Of a stretch of DNA of 64,000 nt, positions 60,440 to 64,000 are shown piece by piece. The notes under the pieces were generated by a model that saw nothing but the letters and a program-made list of their open reading frames with translations, was not told where the DNA came from and searched no databases. The number at the start of each line of letters is the position of its first letter. Within the stretch, counting starts at the first letter, position 1. Source of the stretch: the human T2T-CHM13v2.0 reference genome, Homo sapiens. Made by a program: the position numbers and the translations under genes. Location: assembly GCF_009914755.1 (NCBI RefSeq), contig NC_060926.1; one strand, 5' to 3'.

Positions 60440-61400
60440 ATTAATTATTTTAAATCACAATATGGGGTGGGCAGGAGGGAGAGGTTATGCATTAGGCAGC
60501 CTGGATTATCCAGTATTTATATGCTACAAAAAATAACTGTATTTTTTTACAATTTTTAAGATCTCATTTTATATGATTAGAAGAATTGAAAGAAAAACCG
60601 CTGTAGCTGGTAAAATAATTATTACAATTTACTTCATAATGCACAATCAACACTTACCCCTCAAAATTGAAGAAAACCAGCTGTTACATATAAATCATAT
60701 CCTATTTTTAATTCACAAAGGGAAGGTGCCATAGAAACCTAAGGTGACTCATTTGGTACATGTGAAATCAGTATGATTTTCTCTTTTTAAAGAAAATATG
60801 GGTTCCCCAGACAGGCCTAATTCCTGGATGGGCTAGAAGCATAAGCCACTGTACCCTCCCAGGATTAGAATGGGGAAGGCTGTCCACTCCACCTCAACTG
60901 AGAGGGGGCTGGGCGCCTTCTTTCTATCCCCTCCCACCATCCTCTTGGGAGCTTGCAGGGTGGGGAGCATCAGGCCATTTTGAACAGTCCATCTCTGAAG
61001 GGGTGACATTTACTGCTGGCTCCCAAGAGCGTGCACTATGAAGCAAGCAGCTGCCCCCATGGTCTCCAACCCTCACAGGCCCACAGCTGCACTTGGGGTT
61101 GCTAAAGACAATGTGTCTCCTGGAACCCTTCCTCAGCAATGTTCTCGCTGAACACCGAAAATACAATGATCCACTCAGAGGGGCAGCTTGGAACTCTACA
61201 GACACCTGAATTCACAGTAAGTATGCACAAAGGCCTGTTTGAAGAGGCAAAGAGAAATGTTGTTCATAAACCGAATGCAAATCAATTATGACTCATGAAA
61301 AAACATTGGCTATTAACTTAGCAGTGGGTTAATTCCTGCCTCCTTCCCACGCCTGCAGCGAAGGGTTGCTCGGTATTGACTCAACACGGCCAGGAAAGGG
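60440..61400. promoter_or_regulatory. Putative enhancer with AP-1, octamer and PBX-HOX motifs
   Basis: TGACTCA at 60745, 61289 and 61377; ATGCAAAT at 61275; ATAAATCA at 60690; all in apparently unique sequence. Confidence 0.45.
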
Positions 61401-61441
61401 GCAGAGAGAGCGAAGATTCTCCAATGTCCAGATAGACTCAC

Positions 61442-61579
61442 CAGACAGCCCCTCGCAACCCACCCACCCTCTCAGCTAGGGCGGGTCTCCAGGGATTCGT
61501 TTCTAAGTACTTGGTTTGTATGCAAGGTAAATCTGCAGGAACTATTTGTGTGTGGCTTCCCCTCATTTCTCCACCTGCT
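61442..61579 (-). other. Candidate 138-nt exon
   Basis: Acceptor cttcccagcctgactttcag and strong donor CTG|GTGAGT. Confidence 0.3.
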
Positions 61580-62432
61580 CTGAAAGTCAGGCTGGGAAGT
61601 GTCCAATCTGACTTCCAGGAGACAGCAGGGAGGGAGGCTTCAGGGCTCACGTCAAGAGGCCCCACTATGGACGTATCTGGTTTCCCCTGTGGACGGAGGT
61701 GGAGGTCACAGAGCTTCCTCCACGGCTCCACTAATGCAGAGCAGCAGGTGGGACCCTCCCTGGTGCGGGTGGACGGTGGGAGGTGTGTGGCCTGGAGCCA
61801 CCAATGACTCCCTGGCCACGCTGGAGGCAGCAGTTACCGGCGGGCCAGCTCTGCAGCGTCACTCTGCGGTGGTTCCTGAGCATGCGGCCAAGGCCCAAGC
61901 TTGCAACAATTCTGTGGGTCCTGAATTCCCTGCACTAAATCCTCTTCTGCCTCAGCGAATGAGAGTGAATTCTGAGTAACACAGATGCTGCCAACCAAGA
62001 TTCAGGAAATCTTGGTAAAGACTCATCTCTTGGGGAAAAAAAAAAAAAAAACTTGGTGTGAAAAAATTATTTCAGGCAGGACATATCAAAGAAGGAGTCT
62101 GGTATATACACAGGAAATCTACTTAGGAGACGGTACGCAAAGGCACTGATCAGACAAAAGCGCAAAAAATACAAAAACTCATGATGCACAAAACATCACA
62201 ATTTTAAATGACAAATGGACAAGGATGTCTATTGTCATGTTAACTAACTGGCAAATGGTTGAAAATCACTTAATTAAACATCCATCCCAGAGAAGGCTCG
62301 TGGACTGGAACCTATCCCTACAATGGAATTTCTTGCAGCCCTGAAAATGGATGCAAACGAAGAATATCTAATAATCTAGTAGTGTGGAAAAGAGGCTCAA
62401 CTTGTACCATTCATTTTGAAAAGGTAGCTCAT

Positions 62433-62777
<345 letters not shown>

Positions 62778-63899
62778 TTACCTCTTTGGGGTAAATATGT
62801 ATGTTAGCGCATATACGTATGTATGTATAGTCAGTATAGCACAGACAGAAGTTCGGAAGGCTCTGCCCCAAATGTTGTAAGAGATCCGCTCCTGTTCCGC
62901 CCCCAGGCTTGATGGTACAGACAGTTACTGCAGCACCCAGCCTCAAGCCACGTAACACTGTGGCCAAAGAGCAGCCTGACTGAGGTGAGGGAAATCTCTA
63001 GTCTGTTCAGAGCCCCAGACAGCTGACCAGACTTCTTCGTGCTAATTGCTGGGCCCTCCCTGCTGGCTGGCCTGGCCATGTCTGGTCTATAGGGCTTCCT
63101 CCCCTACCGAGGGTCCAGCTACTCGAGAGGCTGACGCAGGCCCACAAAATTCATTCAGTCATTTCTGTTCTAGAATGTGGTACCAGAGAAGCCCCTCGCA
63201 CCAGCACACCTCAACTCAAAGACCTGTTTTGGCTCACAAAGGCTGTGAAGAAAACAAGATAACACTGGCCAAGCCTCACAAAGCAAGTGACTCAAACCTT
63301 CAAAATGCTTGTATTTGTCTATAAAAATGCCATTTTCAACCAGAGAGCATACTGGAAGCACTAACACATGATAATTTCAGAATGTGATTTCCAATGGAGC
63401 TTGTAGCTGACACCCAGCAACCATCCAAAACTACATGGAATTCGGTTCCCGTAGAAATGATCACAGCTCAGAGACCGAATCACCCAGCCCCATGGAGAGG
63501 TGTGGCCATTTGACTCAGACCTTCAAGGGAGTGGGTCTGACCCCTGAAAACACCCCATTTCTTCTCCCTCCTCACCTCCACTGGCCAAGCTAGTGCTGCA
63601 GATTCAAAGTCACAAATCTTCCATGCAGAAAAGATCCACAAAAAAGTTCTTAATACCCCTCCTTAGGGAACAAAGGTCAATAATTAAGGTATTAAAGCAA
63701 GATCATAGAAACTCCGGAGCCAGGAGGGAGGTGTTAAACCCAGGTTAGAAAGCAGGCAAAGAGTGGAGATGGGGCTTCAGAGTGCTTGCGGTATTTCCCA
63801 TGCCGCCTGCACAGAAGGGAGAGAACCCGAGAGCCACGGTCTGGGCCGATGCCCTTGGACCTGGTGTGGCCCCTGTGCCCACCGCACCTACTCCCTTAC

Positions 63900-64000
63900 C
63901 TGTCTGGTGCAGACCTTGTGTGTAGTCGCAGAGTTGTAATCAGACCAAGAGCCCAGAGAGCAGCCCAGTATGCCTCAGACTCCAAGCAGCATCTACAGTG
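63900..64000 (-). other. Candidate exon 3' part, continuing beyond the window
   Basis: Strong donor CAG|GTAAGG at 63900/63899, followed on - by G-rich intron-like sequence. Confidence 0.4.

Overview
Primate (human-like) nuclear genomic DNA, intronic or intergenic in character, with no protein-coding gene I can recognise. Much of it is interspersed repeat: 24 Alu copies, several with target-site duplications (TSDs); old L1 remnants, including a ~6 kb nested + strand L1M relic and two - strand L1 blocks; L2, MIR and CR1 fragments; MaLR LTRs; and DNA transposon fossils (MER1B, Tigger3, MER47, Tigger4, MER5, MER107). The ORF track is explained by Alu, L1, simple repeats or chance GC-rich frames. 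The most notable non-transposon signals are a ~0.8 kb G-rich 31-bp minisatellite with higher-order structure, several - strand candidate exons with good splice signals (possibly a spliced non-coding or 5'UTR region), and an AP-1/octamer/HOX-PBX motif cluster at 60.4-63.5 kb. I found no evidence of a novel multi-gene system. Repeat subfamily names were assigned from remembered consensus sequences, and many boundaries are approximate.
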